A DNA stretch of 64,000 nucleotides from an uncultured Methanosarcinales archaeon (GTDB lineage Archaea > Nanobdellota > Nanobdellia > Woesearchaeales > GW2011-AR15). Under the pieces are notes generated by a model. The model did no database searches. It was not told where the DNA came from and saw only the letters and a program-made list of their open reading frames with translations. The position numbers and the translations under genes were made by a program. Shown one piece after another: positions 25,138-34,174 of this stretch (its first letter is position 1; every line of letters starts with the position of its first letter). Location: NCBI GenBank assembly GCA_964537195.1, contig CAZHYZ010000001.1, forward strand, positions 93,100 through 157,099, read 5' to 3'.

Positions 25138-25787
25138 AGCCAATAAAAAAAAATAATTTTTTTGTGGCCTTGGAAAATTTCAATTCCACGAAAAGTCAAA
25201 CTTATTGGGAGCAAAAAATTCACAAACTTTTTCGCTTTCGAGGGAAATCTCAAATTATAAGTATGGATTTTATAATGACTTTTGTAGTCTATATTTTTGC
25301 ATTGTCTGTTTTTTTCTTTGCTCTCGGAGATGCACTCCCAGTAAATGATGCAGATTTAGATGTTCAGGCTGATTTACTGTTTAATAAGTTGGCAGAAATA
25401 AATGAATCAGTTGATTTTCTTGACAATTCAAAGATTAAAAACCTAGAGTTAGGTAAATATTTTACCAAATATAATTATGATAGTGGGTATCGTCATATCT
25501 TTAGAGATTTTAACAATCCTGCATTCACAAGGACAGATTATTGTATTTATCTTGAGGATCCGAGAACAGGTCTTAGTACAAGAAATGTTGCTGCAGGATT
25601 ACAAGAAGGATATACCATTTATTTTGATGACACAAATAAATGTGGTGAAGTAATAAATAAAGTATATACTATGCAGCCTTATTGTGCTAAAAACATAAAA
25701 ACAGAATCAATAGTGCTAACAAAACCCGTGTTGTATAATGGACAAATAACAAATCTTAAGATATTAATCTGTGCAGAGAAAAGATGA
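25134..25787 (+). CDS. Pilin-like protein with extended N-terminal leader
   Basis: ...RGKS/QIISMDFIMTFVVYIFALSVFF after an unusually long leader. Confidence 0.7.
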   Translation: MKPIKKNNFFVALENFNSTKSQTYWEQKIHKLFRFRGKSQIISMDFIMTFVVYIFALSVFFFALGDALPVNDADLDVQADLLFNKLAEINESVDFLDNSKIKNLELGKYFTKYNYDSGYRHIFRDFNNPAFTRTDYCIYLEDPRTGLSTRNVAAGLQEGYTIYFDDTNKCGEVINKVYTMQPYCAKNIKTESIVLTKPVLYNGQITNLKILICAEKR

Positions 25788-26326
25788 ATAAAAAAGCCTA
25801 CATATTTTTGATGGATGGTATAATTGCTGTAGTTATACTGACGGTTGGTTTTCTCCTAATTAGTTCGAATAAACCAGATGAGACAACAGAAATTCCAATA
25901 AGTATGATGACTGAGAACACTATGTCTTTATTTTCTAATATTAAATTGTATGAAATATGTGATTTTTCTGATTGTGGTTGCAGCAATGATAAGTTGTCAG
26001 AGTATTGTGCATCTGGTTATATTGAAAATAAAAATCAGACACTCTTAGATTATTTTGGTGAATTATATAATAGATCTATGCAAAGTAGAGCTGATGAGCT
26101 TTTCTATAATATAACAATAGAAAACGACTTGCTTAGGCAAGACATTTTTGGTGTAGAGTTTAAGATAAATGATGAAACAATATATCTACATGGCATAAAC
26201 AAAGAAAAAAGCAAAGACCTAATTTCTTCAAAAAGAATTATTTTCGGATATTATGAAGTGCCTTCTTCGGGTATAATTAATTACTGGGGGCCATATTTGG
26301 CAGAGGTGAATGTATGGCAAGAATAA
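25784..26326 (+). CDS. Pilin-like protein, class III signal peptide
   Basis: MNKKA/YIFLMDGIIAVVILTVGFLLI. Confidence 0.7.
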   Translation: MNKKAYIFLMDGIIAVVILTVGFLLISSNKPDETTEIPISMMTENTMSLFSNIKLYEICDFSDCGCSNDKLSEYCASGYIENKNQTLLDYFGELYNRSMQSRADELFYNITIENDLLRQDIFGVEFKINDETIYLHGINKEKSKDLISSKRIIFGYYEVPSSGIINYWGPYLAEVNVWQE

Positions 26327-27078
26327 CAAAGAGGGCAATTATTTTTTCTATAGCAAGTTTGTTAATTGTCATAGTGTTTGTCGTTAGTACACAGCTCGTT
26401 ACAGAATTTAGATTGGCAGAATCAGAATTAGAAGTCACAAGAACCAGAGTTAAGATATTAAATGAATTAATAGATGATTTTGAAGAAACATATTTTGACA
26501 GGTTGCTTTATGTGACTTCCAAGAACACTCTTGAAGGATTATCAGAGTATTATGATAGGCATTACAATAATCCATCTGATTATCCTCACACATTAAAAAA
26601 AGCACTAAATATGACAATCCAAAACGGTATTTATATAGATAGAACTGGCAAGCATAACTTGTCAAAAGAAGGTTGTTTTGGGCCGTGTCTTAAAGAAGAC
26701 TATACTTTTAACAAATTAGCTGACTCAATTAAAGAAGAATTTGATTTTCTAGGTATTGATTTACAAATTAATATGAAAATCACAGAAATAGAACAAGTTA
26801 ATCCGTGGACTCTTTCTGTTAGTGCCGAGTTTGAATATTATTTTAAAGATAAAAACAATATCGCATCATGGAAAGGATTCACAGAGAGAACAGTAGAGGT
26901 TAGTATTTATGGGTTGCACGACCCTACTTCCTCATCAAATCCTATTGATAGTAGTTGGATAGTTGATACTAATGAAGATGGAGAATATACAGAAGCTTCT
27001 CTAGAGAGAAAACTTGAAGGTGTTCAAGACCATCAGATGACTTTTTTTGATTATGGGGTGTGTAGCGGAGGATGTTAA
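26314..27078 (+). CDS. Pilin-like protein, class III signal peptide
   Basis: MARITKRA/IIFSIASLLIVIVFVV. Confidence 0.65.
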   Translation: MARITKRAIIFSIASLLIVIVFVVSTQLVTEFRLAESELEVTRTRVKILNELIDDFEETYFDRLLYVTSKNTLEGLSEYYDRHYNNPSDYPHTLKKALNMTIQNGIYIDRTGKHNLSKEGCFGPCLKEDYTFNKLADSIKEEFDFLGIDLQINMKITEIEQVNPWTLSVSAEFEYYFKDKNNIASWKGFTERTVEVSIYGLHDPTSSSNPIDSSWIVDTNEDGEYTEASLERKLEGVQDHQMTFFDYGVCSGGC

Positions 27079-27989
27079 AAAAATCTCAGGTATCATTTGA
27101 GTTTATCCTAATATTTACACTTGTATTGATGGCATTGATAGGATTTATTTACATAATTAATAGGAGAATTGGAGAGATAAGTGAGCAACAAGAATTTCTT
27201 GCCATGAAAAATCTTGCTAATAACATTAAGAATGAAGTTGTGTTGGCTAGTTCTGTTAGAGATAATTATATTAGGAAGTTTGAGATACCATATAGGATAT
27301 TAGGAAAAGAATATAATATGTTCATTGAGAATGATGAACTTGTTATTGAGACCTTAGAAAATGAAAAAGTTTCTAATTCTTATTTTACTGTTTTCCCTAT
27401 TCATGTAAGAGGAACATTTATTGAAGACATTCAGCCAGATAATAGAGATCATTGTATAACAAAGAATGAATTTGATGGAATAAGGATTGCTAAGAATCAA
27501 GCTAGTCTAGCATCTGAGAAATTTAAGTATGAAGAAGGAGATGAATTTGATGTCCTTGTCAGATTAAACTGTCTTGAAAACATTCAAAGTTTTAGATTTA
27601 CTTTGAGTTATGATGACTCTGTTCTGGAATTAATTGATGATAAACCAGTTACAAGGGTGTCTGATCCTGACCTAAATCCTTTATTTAGTTCTTATACCAC
27701 TGTTTATGATTATTCACCAGACCCAAACATTACTCAGACCATATTGTTTGTTTATCCAGGTAGATTTACTTATGGATACATTGGTAGTGACTGTGAAACA
27801 GGTTCTGGAAATGTTGCTAAATTGAGATTTAGAATAAAAGATATTTCTGAAAATGTAAAAACAGAAATTAATTTTGACCAAACTTTTGAAGAAGACAATC
27901 TGCTTTTGTTGGATTGTTCTAACAAGATTACAAGAGAAGGTTTGCCAGATAGTAAGAAAGGAATTTCATTAACATTATTATCGTCTTGA
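27072..27989 (+). CDS. Pilin-like protein fused to a C-terminal cohesin-like domain
   Basis: MLKKS/QVSFEFILIFTLVLMALIGFIYII; C-terminal GDEFDVLVRLN...IQSFRFTLSYDDSVLELI...GSGNVAKLRFRIK...TEINF matches the cohesin beta-sandwich pattern. Confidence 0.7.
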   Translation: MLKKSQVSFEFILIFTLVLMALIGFIYIINRRIGEISEQQEFLAMKNLANNIKNEVVLASSVRDNYIRKFEIPYRILGKEYNMFIENDELVIETLENEKVSNSYFTVFPIHVRGTFIEDIQPDNRDHCITKNEFDGIRIAKNQASLASEKFKYEEGDEFDVLVRLNCLENIQSFRFTLSYDDSVLELIDDKPVTRVSDPDLNPLFSSYTTVYDYSPDPNITQTILFVYPGRFTYGYIGSDCETGSGNVAKLRFRIKDISENVKTEINFDQTFEEDNLLLLDCSNKITREGLPDSKKGISLTLLSS

Positions 27990-28047
27990 TTTCGAAAAGT
28001 TTATATAGCTGGGAAATGCTTTTTAGTTTGATAAAGGTGGGGTCGTT

Positions 28048-31000
28048 ATGATGAAAAATGAAAAATTCTTGAAGTTATTTGTAATTGCAATTGTTTTTTT
28101 GTTTGTGTTTTCTTTGATGCCTAAAGATGTTAATGCAGTGAAGTATGTTAATTGTCCAGTGAGTATTGATGGTGTTTCGTGTCCTGGATGTCATGGAAAT
28201 CTAGTAAATGGAGTGTGTCCTGATCCAAGAGAATGTCCGGTAGGTACTACTTGGGGAGGTTATAAATGTAAGAGTGACGGGCTTTGGCATAAAATACCTG
28301 CCTGTACACCAAGCTGTACAGGAAAAGAATGTGGTTCTGGCGGTTGTAATACAGGTAATACATACTGCGGTGTCTGTGTAGGACCATATCTTCAAGACAC
28401 AGCATGTAGTGATGGAGAATGTATGTATCAACCAGCAGAATTAGCAGCATCTGCAACAGAGCTATGTTTAGGAGAAGATGCATCTACATACGAATTTGTC
28501 TTAACTGGAACTAATTCATATTGTGGAGATGTAACAACAATAACTGCTCCATGGCACGAACCAGGAGAGGAAATTGTGATTAATGATAACACGTATGAGC
28601 CTTATACTTTTACAGAAACATTAACCCTACCAGAAGACTATGACCTAAACAATTTAGTTATTACAATCACAAGTAATAGAGAAACAATAAAAAATAATAG
28701 GGATCAAGAATTTGATTATAATGAAGTATGTGTACAAGAAGTAAATCTTGTTGTAGAGTTTGATAATTTTTTCTACTGTCCAAAACCCGGAGAGAATCAT
28801 GCAGGATTTGACTTTTATGAAGATTCAATATATTATGACTTCTATAATGAGGGTGTTGAGAGAGATTGGGATGAATGTGTTTCAAATGATAATATTCAAA
28901 GTTGCACACCGCATGCAACAGATTGTGTTTCTATAGGGGGTTCCTCAGTAAGTATGGGTTCTGCCTTTGATGGAGATGATGATGTGAATGAATATGAAGT
29001 TTGTCATTCTGAAAACAGCATACAAGGAGGCTGGCTTGATCCCGATGTAAATTCAGAAACTTGTGAAATAGTTGATTCTACTTCACCAAGGAGAGCAGAA
29101 TGGTATGATTGCGCACCAAGCCAAGAATGTAGTAAGGGCGTAGACAGTTTTGATAATGACCTTTCAACAGGATTATGTTGTGGAGATGAGGTTGGAGAAT
29201 TTGTTACAGAGACCCTGTCTAAAATTCAAGGAGACACAGAATATGTTAAGGATAACCAAGGCCAGAATTTAGAATACAGTGCATGTTGTGATGAGTCTAT
29301 TAGTTGTGTGGATGAATCTGGTATTTGTAGGGGAATAGGAAACGAGACTTGTGTGTCTAGCGGGGGTTATAGAGCCATTTGTGTTAATAATAATGGAAGA
29401 GGAGAATGGGAATTAGTTCCAGACAACAATTGTGAAGACCTCTGTAATAATTGTGATGTCAATGATGATGGAAAAGTTGACCAAATAGATACAAACACAA
29501 TAACAAGTAATGCATGCACTGAAAATTGCGATGACACTTTTGATATTAATGATGATGGTTTAGTAGATCAATTGGATGTTGATTTATGTACTCCTTTAGT
29601 TGAGGAAGGTGCTATTTGTTTTGGTTGTGGTGATAATGAACTAGATTCAGATGAAGGATGTGATTATGAATCTGATATATTACAATTTAATTGTGTCGAT
29701 GAAGTTTGTGATGGTGCAGTTCTAAAAACACGTTTAGATACTTGTACAGGTGTTTGTTCTTGTGAATATGAAGAATCTTGTGTTATTGGAGAGTGTGGTG
29801 CTGAATGTGCAGAAAATTCAGATTGTGGTGATGGTGAGGAATGTAATGGATGTTTATGCGAAAAGATTGGTTGCCCACCTGGTACACAATTATGTGAGGA
29901 TGACACTTGTAGTGAAAATTGTACTATAACAGACGATGGACCAAAAGGTTGCATTAATGATAACGGAGAATGTGATGAAGGAGAAGGCTGCGCATGTGAA
30001 GATTGTTTGGGGGAAAGAGATAGTTGTAGTGAGGGAGCAGTATGTGGAGAAGATGAACTATGTGGTTGTCCTGTTGGGACAACAATGTGTGAAGATGGTA
30101 CATGCAGTGCTAATTGTGAACTGACAGACGAAGGTGCTGTAGGATGTTTGAATAACAATGGAGAGTGTGATTTTGGAGAAGGTTGTGATTGTATTGATTG
30201 TCATGAAGAACAAGATAGCTGTGTATATGGTGCAGTATGTAACTATTATACAGAATCATGCGAATTACCTTGTGTTGTTACAGAAGACCCAGAAGTTACA
30301 TTAGATGATGGAATTGATAATGATTGTGACGGCTTAATAGATGAACCAAAATTTGATAGTGAATATGGTGCTTATGTTTGGGAATCCAATTGTAGATATT
30401 ATTTGTGTGCAAATGCTCGCGATTCTGAGCCACACACAACAAAAGGAGAAATAGGTGTTGAAGATCCTTATTATCTTTATAGTATAAGAACAATTTTCTG
30501 GGAAACTGCAGATGATTATTCAGTACTCTCAGACAACTTAGGTGTGGATTTTACCTCTTACATTAATAACGATAAAGACTGTATTTTGTTTAAGTCAGAT
30601 ACACTAATGAGTTTTGACCTTGATATGAATGGTTCTCATAGTACAGATAATGTATTCTTAACACAAGAAAAAATAAATCCAATAGAAAATCCTTTTGCAT
30701 TTGCTTCCCCTGAATGTACTCTAAGTTGTACAGATCCAGCAGATTGTGGTAGAGATTCTTTATTATATGGTACAAATTATTGTGGGTTTGAGGAATGTAT
30801 GTTTGATTGTGGGGGATACTGGGTAAATACTTCCTCCTTATTGGGAGATGTCTTTACACCAAGCACCAATCCAGGAGATTATTGTGAAGCCTGTACAGAA
30901 GAGGTTGAATGTTCAGACTATAACAATATAGCAAGTTGTTTGTTTAATCCATGTGATACAGGAGAGTCAATATTTGGTTGTTATTGGAATGAATCATCTT

Positions 31001-32484
31001 TGACATGTGATGATATCTTTGAACCATGTAAGCCTGGTACGACTTTATGTGAGGACGGTACTTGCAGTCATGATTGTGAAGAAACAGACACAGATGAGCA
31101 AGGTTGTATAAATGATAATGGAGAATGTGATGAAGGAGAAGGCTGCGCATGTGAAGATTGTGAAGGTGAACAAGACAGTTGTACAGAAGGTGCTATTTGT
31201 GATGATGATGGTTATTGTGGTTGTCCACCGGGCACAACTTTATGTAAGGACGGTACATGTAGTGACGATTGTGATGAGACAGATGATGGAAATATGGGAT
31301 GTATAGATGAAAATGGTGTCTGTGAATTAGGAGAGGGTTGTGCATGTGAGGATTGTAATGGTTACCAAGATAGTTGTGTTGATGATGCAGTATGTAATTA
31401 TTTCTTGGAGGAATGTGTAGAGCTTGAAATAGGAAATTGTCCCGAAGGTACAACTTTGTGTGAAGACTTAACCTGTGATGAAGATTGCGAAGGTCATGGT
31501 GGCAAGGCAGGCTGTATAGGAGACCCAAATGATGACTGTGAATTAGGAGAAGGTTGTGCATGTATTGATTGTAATAATAAAAGAGATAGTTGTGATGTGG
31601 GTTTAGTGTGTAATTATGAATATGAATTATGTGAAAGTCTTCCAAGTGGCGGCGGAACACAAGCTTGTGAAGATAATGACAATGATGGTTACTATGAAAT
31701 AGATGAAGATTGCTTTGGGAGCGATGATTGTAATGATTATAACTCGGCAGTCCACCCGGGAGCTATAGAACTTTGTAATAATATTGATGATGATTGTGAT
31801 GGTGACATAGATGAAAATTGTTTTTCAGATGATGGAGAAAGTTTAGATTTATCTATAAGTAGCACAACAGGTTCTGCAAGAGTATTAGACAAATTTACAC
31901 TTGTTGCCACAGTCAAGAATAGACTTGATAGAACTGTTTCTGATGTTTTGGTCTCATTAGAGGTTCCATCTAAATTTGCAGTTAAAGGTGGCTCAGTAAA
32001 GATTGATGAGATACCCGCAAATGGAGAAAAAGAACTTTCATTTGAAGTTATTGTAAAAGATTATACTCAGGAAAGTGTAGAATTCACACTAAATGCAAAA
32101 GTCTCAAATGATAATATTATATCTGAAGATTTCAATATAGGAATTGAGGTCCCAGACTTTTTAATAGCGCCAATGCCCATGTTTGAATATCCAAACACAA
32201 GAAGAGTTTGTTTAGACTTTTATTATGTAATAAACAATCCTTCTTTAGGAATGGTGGATGTTGAGTTTGAGATAACAAATCCAAAAGCAGTATTTGGAAA
32301 AAGTGTGGTTGTAGATTATGTTTCATCAGTTGATTCAGACAACATACTTGCTAGGCCATTGCTTTCAAACCCCTATTGTATTTCAGGAGGAGAAACATAT
32401 CATGTAAATGGCTATTTATATAAGCCCGGCGCATTTATTGTGGACAAGGTTGACGAAAGTTCAGAAACATTAGTATTAGGATAA
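28048..32484 (+). CDS. Giant secreted Cys-rich protein with dockerin-like EF-hand pair, about five Cys-rich repeats, DxxDNDCDGxIDE motifs and C-terminal Ig-like domain
   Basis: Signal peptide; CDVNDDGKVDQID...FDINDDGLVDQLD; repeats CPxGTTxCEDGTCS...GECDEGEGCACEDC; no C-terminal TM. Confidence 0.7.
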   Translation: MMKNEKFLKLFVIAIVFLFVFSLMPKDVNAVKYVNCPVSIDGVSCPGCHGNLVNGVCPDPRECPVGTTWGGYKCKSDGLWHKIPACTPSCTGKECGSGGCNTGNTYCGVCVGPYLQDTACSDGECMYQPAELAASATELCLGEDASTYEFVLTGTNSYCGDVTTITAPWHEPGEEIVINDNTYEPYTFTETLTLPEDYDLNNLVITITSNRETIKNNRDQEFDYNEVCVQEVNLVVEFDNFFYCPKPGENHAGFDFYEDSIYYDFYNEGVERDWDECVSNDNIQSCTPHATDCVSIGGSSVSMGSAFDGDDDVNEYEVCHSENSIQGGWLDPDVNSETCEIVDSTSPRRAEWYDCAPSQECSKGVDSFDNDLSTGLCCGDEVGEFVTETLSKIQGDTEYVKDNQGQNLEYSACCDESISCVDESGICRGIGNETCVSSGGYRAICVNNNGRGEWELVPDNNCEDLCNNCDVNDDGKVDQIDTNTITSNACTENCDDTFDINDDGLVDQLDVDLCTPLVEEGAICFGCGDNELDSDEGCDYESDILQFNCVDEVCDGAVLKTRLDTCTGVCSCEYEESCVIGECGAECAENSDCGDGEECNGCLCEKIGCPPGTQLCEDDTCSENCTITDDGPKGCINDNGECDEGEGCACEDCLGERDSCSEGAVCGEDELCGCPVGTTMCEDGTCSANCELTDEGAVGCLNNNGECDFGEGCDCIDCHEEQDSCVYGAVCNYYTESCELPCVVTEDPEVTLDDGIDNDCDGLIDEPKFDSEYGAYVWESNCRYYLCANARDSEPHTTKGEIGVEDPYYLYSIRTIFWETADDYSVLSDNLGVDFTSYINNDKDCILFKSDTLMSFDLDMNGSHSTDNVFLTQEKINPIENPFAFASPECTLSCTDPADCGRDSLLYGTNYCGFEECMFDCGGYWVNTSSLLGDVFTPSTNPGDYCEACTEEVECSDYNNIASCLFNPCDTGESIFGCYWNESSLTCDDIFEPCKPGTTLCEDGTCSHDCEETDTDEQGCINDNGECDEGEGCACEDCEGEQDSCTEGAICDDDGYCGCPPGTTLCKDGTCSDDCDETDDGNMGCIDENGVCELGEGCACEDCNGYQDSCVDDAVCNYFLEECVELEIGNCPEGTTLCEDLTCDEDCEGHGGKAGCIGDPNDDCELGEGCACIDCNNKRDSCDVGLVCNYEYELCESLPSGGGTQACEDNDNDGYYEIDEDCFGSDDCNDYNSAVHPGAIELCNNIDDDCDGDIDENCFSDDGESLDLSISSTTGSARVLDKFTLVATVKNRLDRTVSDVLVSLEVPSKFAVKGGSVKIDEIPANGEKELSFEVIVKDYTQESVEFTLNAKVSNDNIISEDFNIGIEVPDFLIAPMPMFEYPNTRRVCLDFYYVINNPSLGMVDVEFEITNPKAVFGKSVVVDYVSSVDSDNILARPLLSNPYCISGGETYHVNGYLYKPGAFIVDKVDESSETLVLG

Positions 32485-32527
32485 ATTTAAATACCAAATG
32501 AGGTTTATATGAAGAGGTGACTATCCA

Positions 32528-33592
32528 ATGTTTGTATTCGGAATAAATCTTCCATTGCCAGAAATTTTCTTTATACTAGTTTTCATATTCTTAATATGTC
32601 TATTTTTGATATTATATCAGTTACAGAGATTACAAAAAATGACTACAGAAGAACAAGCAGAGTTGGCAGAGTTAGAGAAACTAGCGCAAGAGGAAAAAAA
32701 GGATTTAGAACAAATTAAAGCATTTGAGACAATGGAAGGTCAGGATTTGGGGAAATTTGAAAAGGACATAGCAGAACTTGAACAGGATACAGAAACACTA
32801 TATCTAAAGAACCTTGCTCCTGATTTGTATAAATTACAGAATTATGTTCTTTGGGCCTTGAAAAAGGGAATGTCACCAGACCAGATTAAAGATAATTTAT
32901 TGAACAAAGGCTGGAAGGACGATAAGTTAATGGAAATGGTCATAAAGGATACCTTGAATTATGTTGATTATTATAAGGGCAAGAAGGGTAAAGTCCAAAT
33001 ACCTCATGTCAAAGTAGAGGAAAAAACCCACATTATTCATCCTGTAAAAATTATAGAGAAAGGATCTCCCAAAGTAGAGATGGAAATTGAGGAGAAACCA
33101 AGGGAAAAGACTACAAAGAAAAAATCAACTAAGAAGAAAGCTTCCAAATCAAAGACCAAGAAAAAATCAGCAACCACAAAAAAATCCTCAAAGAAAAAAT
33201 CAAAAGATGAGTTTGCATCAGTTGAGAAAGAATTGCAAAAACTAGAAAAAGAGTTAAAAAAAGAAGAAAAGAAAACAAAGAGTTCTAAGAAGAAGTCTTC
33301 TACAAAGAAATCAAACAAGAAGAAATCTACTAAGAAAAAATCAACTAAGAAAAGTTCTAAGAAAAAAAGCAAACCGAAGACCAAGAAAAAGACAGCAAAG
33401 ACAAAGAGTTCTAAGAAGAAGTCTTCTACAAAGAAAAGTCCTAAGAAGACTACTAAAAAGAAATCTTCCAAGAAGAAATCAACTTCCAAAAAGAAGAAAA
33501 CTACTAAAAAGAAATCTTCCAAGAAATCAAAGAGCAAGGGTGTTGTTGTAGAAGCAGACAAAGACGTAGATGTTCACGTAAAATACAAATAA
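32528..33592 (+). CDS. Membrane-anchored protein with coiled coil and histone-H1-like Lys/Ser/Thr-rich tail
   Basis: N-terminal TM; tail of KKSSKKKSSTKK repeats, with a 36-nt exact repeat at ~33275 and ~33401. Confidence 0.7.
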   Translation: MFVFGINLPLPEIFFILVFIFLICLFLILYQLQRLQKMTTEEQAELAELEKLAQEEKKDLEQIKAFETMEGQDLGKFEKDIAELEQDTETLYLKNLAPDLYKLQNYVLWALKKGMSPDQIKDNLLNKGWKDDKLMEMVIKDTLNYVDYYKGKKGKVQIPHVKVEEKTHIIHPVKIIEKGSPKVEMEIEEKPREKTTKKKSTKKKASKSKTKKKSATTKKSSKKKSKDEFASVEKELQKLEKELKKEEKKTKSSKKKSSTKKSNKKKSTKKKSTKKSSKKKSKPKTKKKTAKTKSSKKKSSTKKSPKKTTKKKSSKKKSTSKKKKTTKKKSSKKSKSKGVVVEADKDVDVHVKYK

Positions 33593-33627
33593 TCCAAAAT
33601 TTCTTTTATTATTTTTCTAAATTAAAG

Positions 33628-33960
33628 TTATGTTATGGGTGTTCCTATATCAATTTCTTTTTCCACACTTAAGAGAACACATTCGCTTTCATCTTCTTTT
33701 TCAGCACACAATAACATCCCTTCAGAGAGTTCTCCCATGAATTTTGTGGGTTTTAGATTGACCAACACAACAATCTTCTTATCTTGTAGTTCTTCCTCAC
33801 TATAATATGGAACTAAACTTGTAACAATCTGAATTTCCTTATCTTGAATATCTACTTGCAATTTATAGAGTTTTTCTGTTTTTGGCACTCTTTCTACCTC
33901 TACAATTTTACCTACTTTCATCTGTAGTTTTTTAAAATCTTTATATTCAATTTCTTCCAT
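33628..33960 (-). CDS. tRNA-binding OB-fold protein (Trbp111/CsaA/MetRS C-terminal family)
   Basis: DFKKLQMKVGKIVEVERVPKTEKLYKLQVD, VNLKPTKFMGELSEGMLL. Confidence 0.9.
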   Translation of the reverse strand: MEEIEYKDFKKLQMKVGKIVEVERVPKTEKLYKLQVDIQDKEIQIVTSLVPYYSEEELQDKKIVVLVNLKPTKFMGELSEGMLLCAEKEDESECVLLSVEKEIDIGTPIT

Positions 33961-34046
33961 AGCCATCACCTTTTTAATTGGATTTAAACAATGTTTATAT
34001 TTTTTCCTGGCAAAATTTTATATATAATCAGATATTAACTAAAAAC

Positions 34047-34149
34047 ATGTATAATTTACTGAAAACACTTATTGTGGTAGTGGTCAACTAGTTTTCAGTG
34101 GCTTTTTCTTCTAATGTTTTATGAAGAGTAATAGAAGAGAAAGTTTTTT
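34047..34149 (+). promoter_or_regulatory. Putative valS leader: uORF MYNLLKTLIVVVVN* (34047-34091) plus two hairpins and T6 tract
   Basis: Four consecutive Val codons GTG GTA GTG GTC; inverted repeat ACTGAAAAC/GTTTTCAGT; second stem CTTTTTCTTCTA/TAGAAGAGAAAG followed by TTTTTT; TATA-like TTTATATA at ~34017. Confidence 0.65.
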
Positions 34150-34174
34150 ATTACATAAAATAAAGGTGATTAAT

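Noticed and set aside
33037..33561. Phe-rich 174-aa antisense ORF and similar shadow ORFs (e.g. 27-287, 29664-30158, 37452-37961, 45532-46074, 49715-50503)
   Set aside because: Antisense or alternate-frame by-products of low-complexity or repetitive coding sequence in well-supported genes.
34121..34174. ORF-track start of valS (MKSNRRESF...)
   Set aside because: It lies inside the leader hairpin; the ATG at 34175 has an SD and gives a typical ValRS N-terminus.
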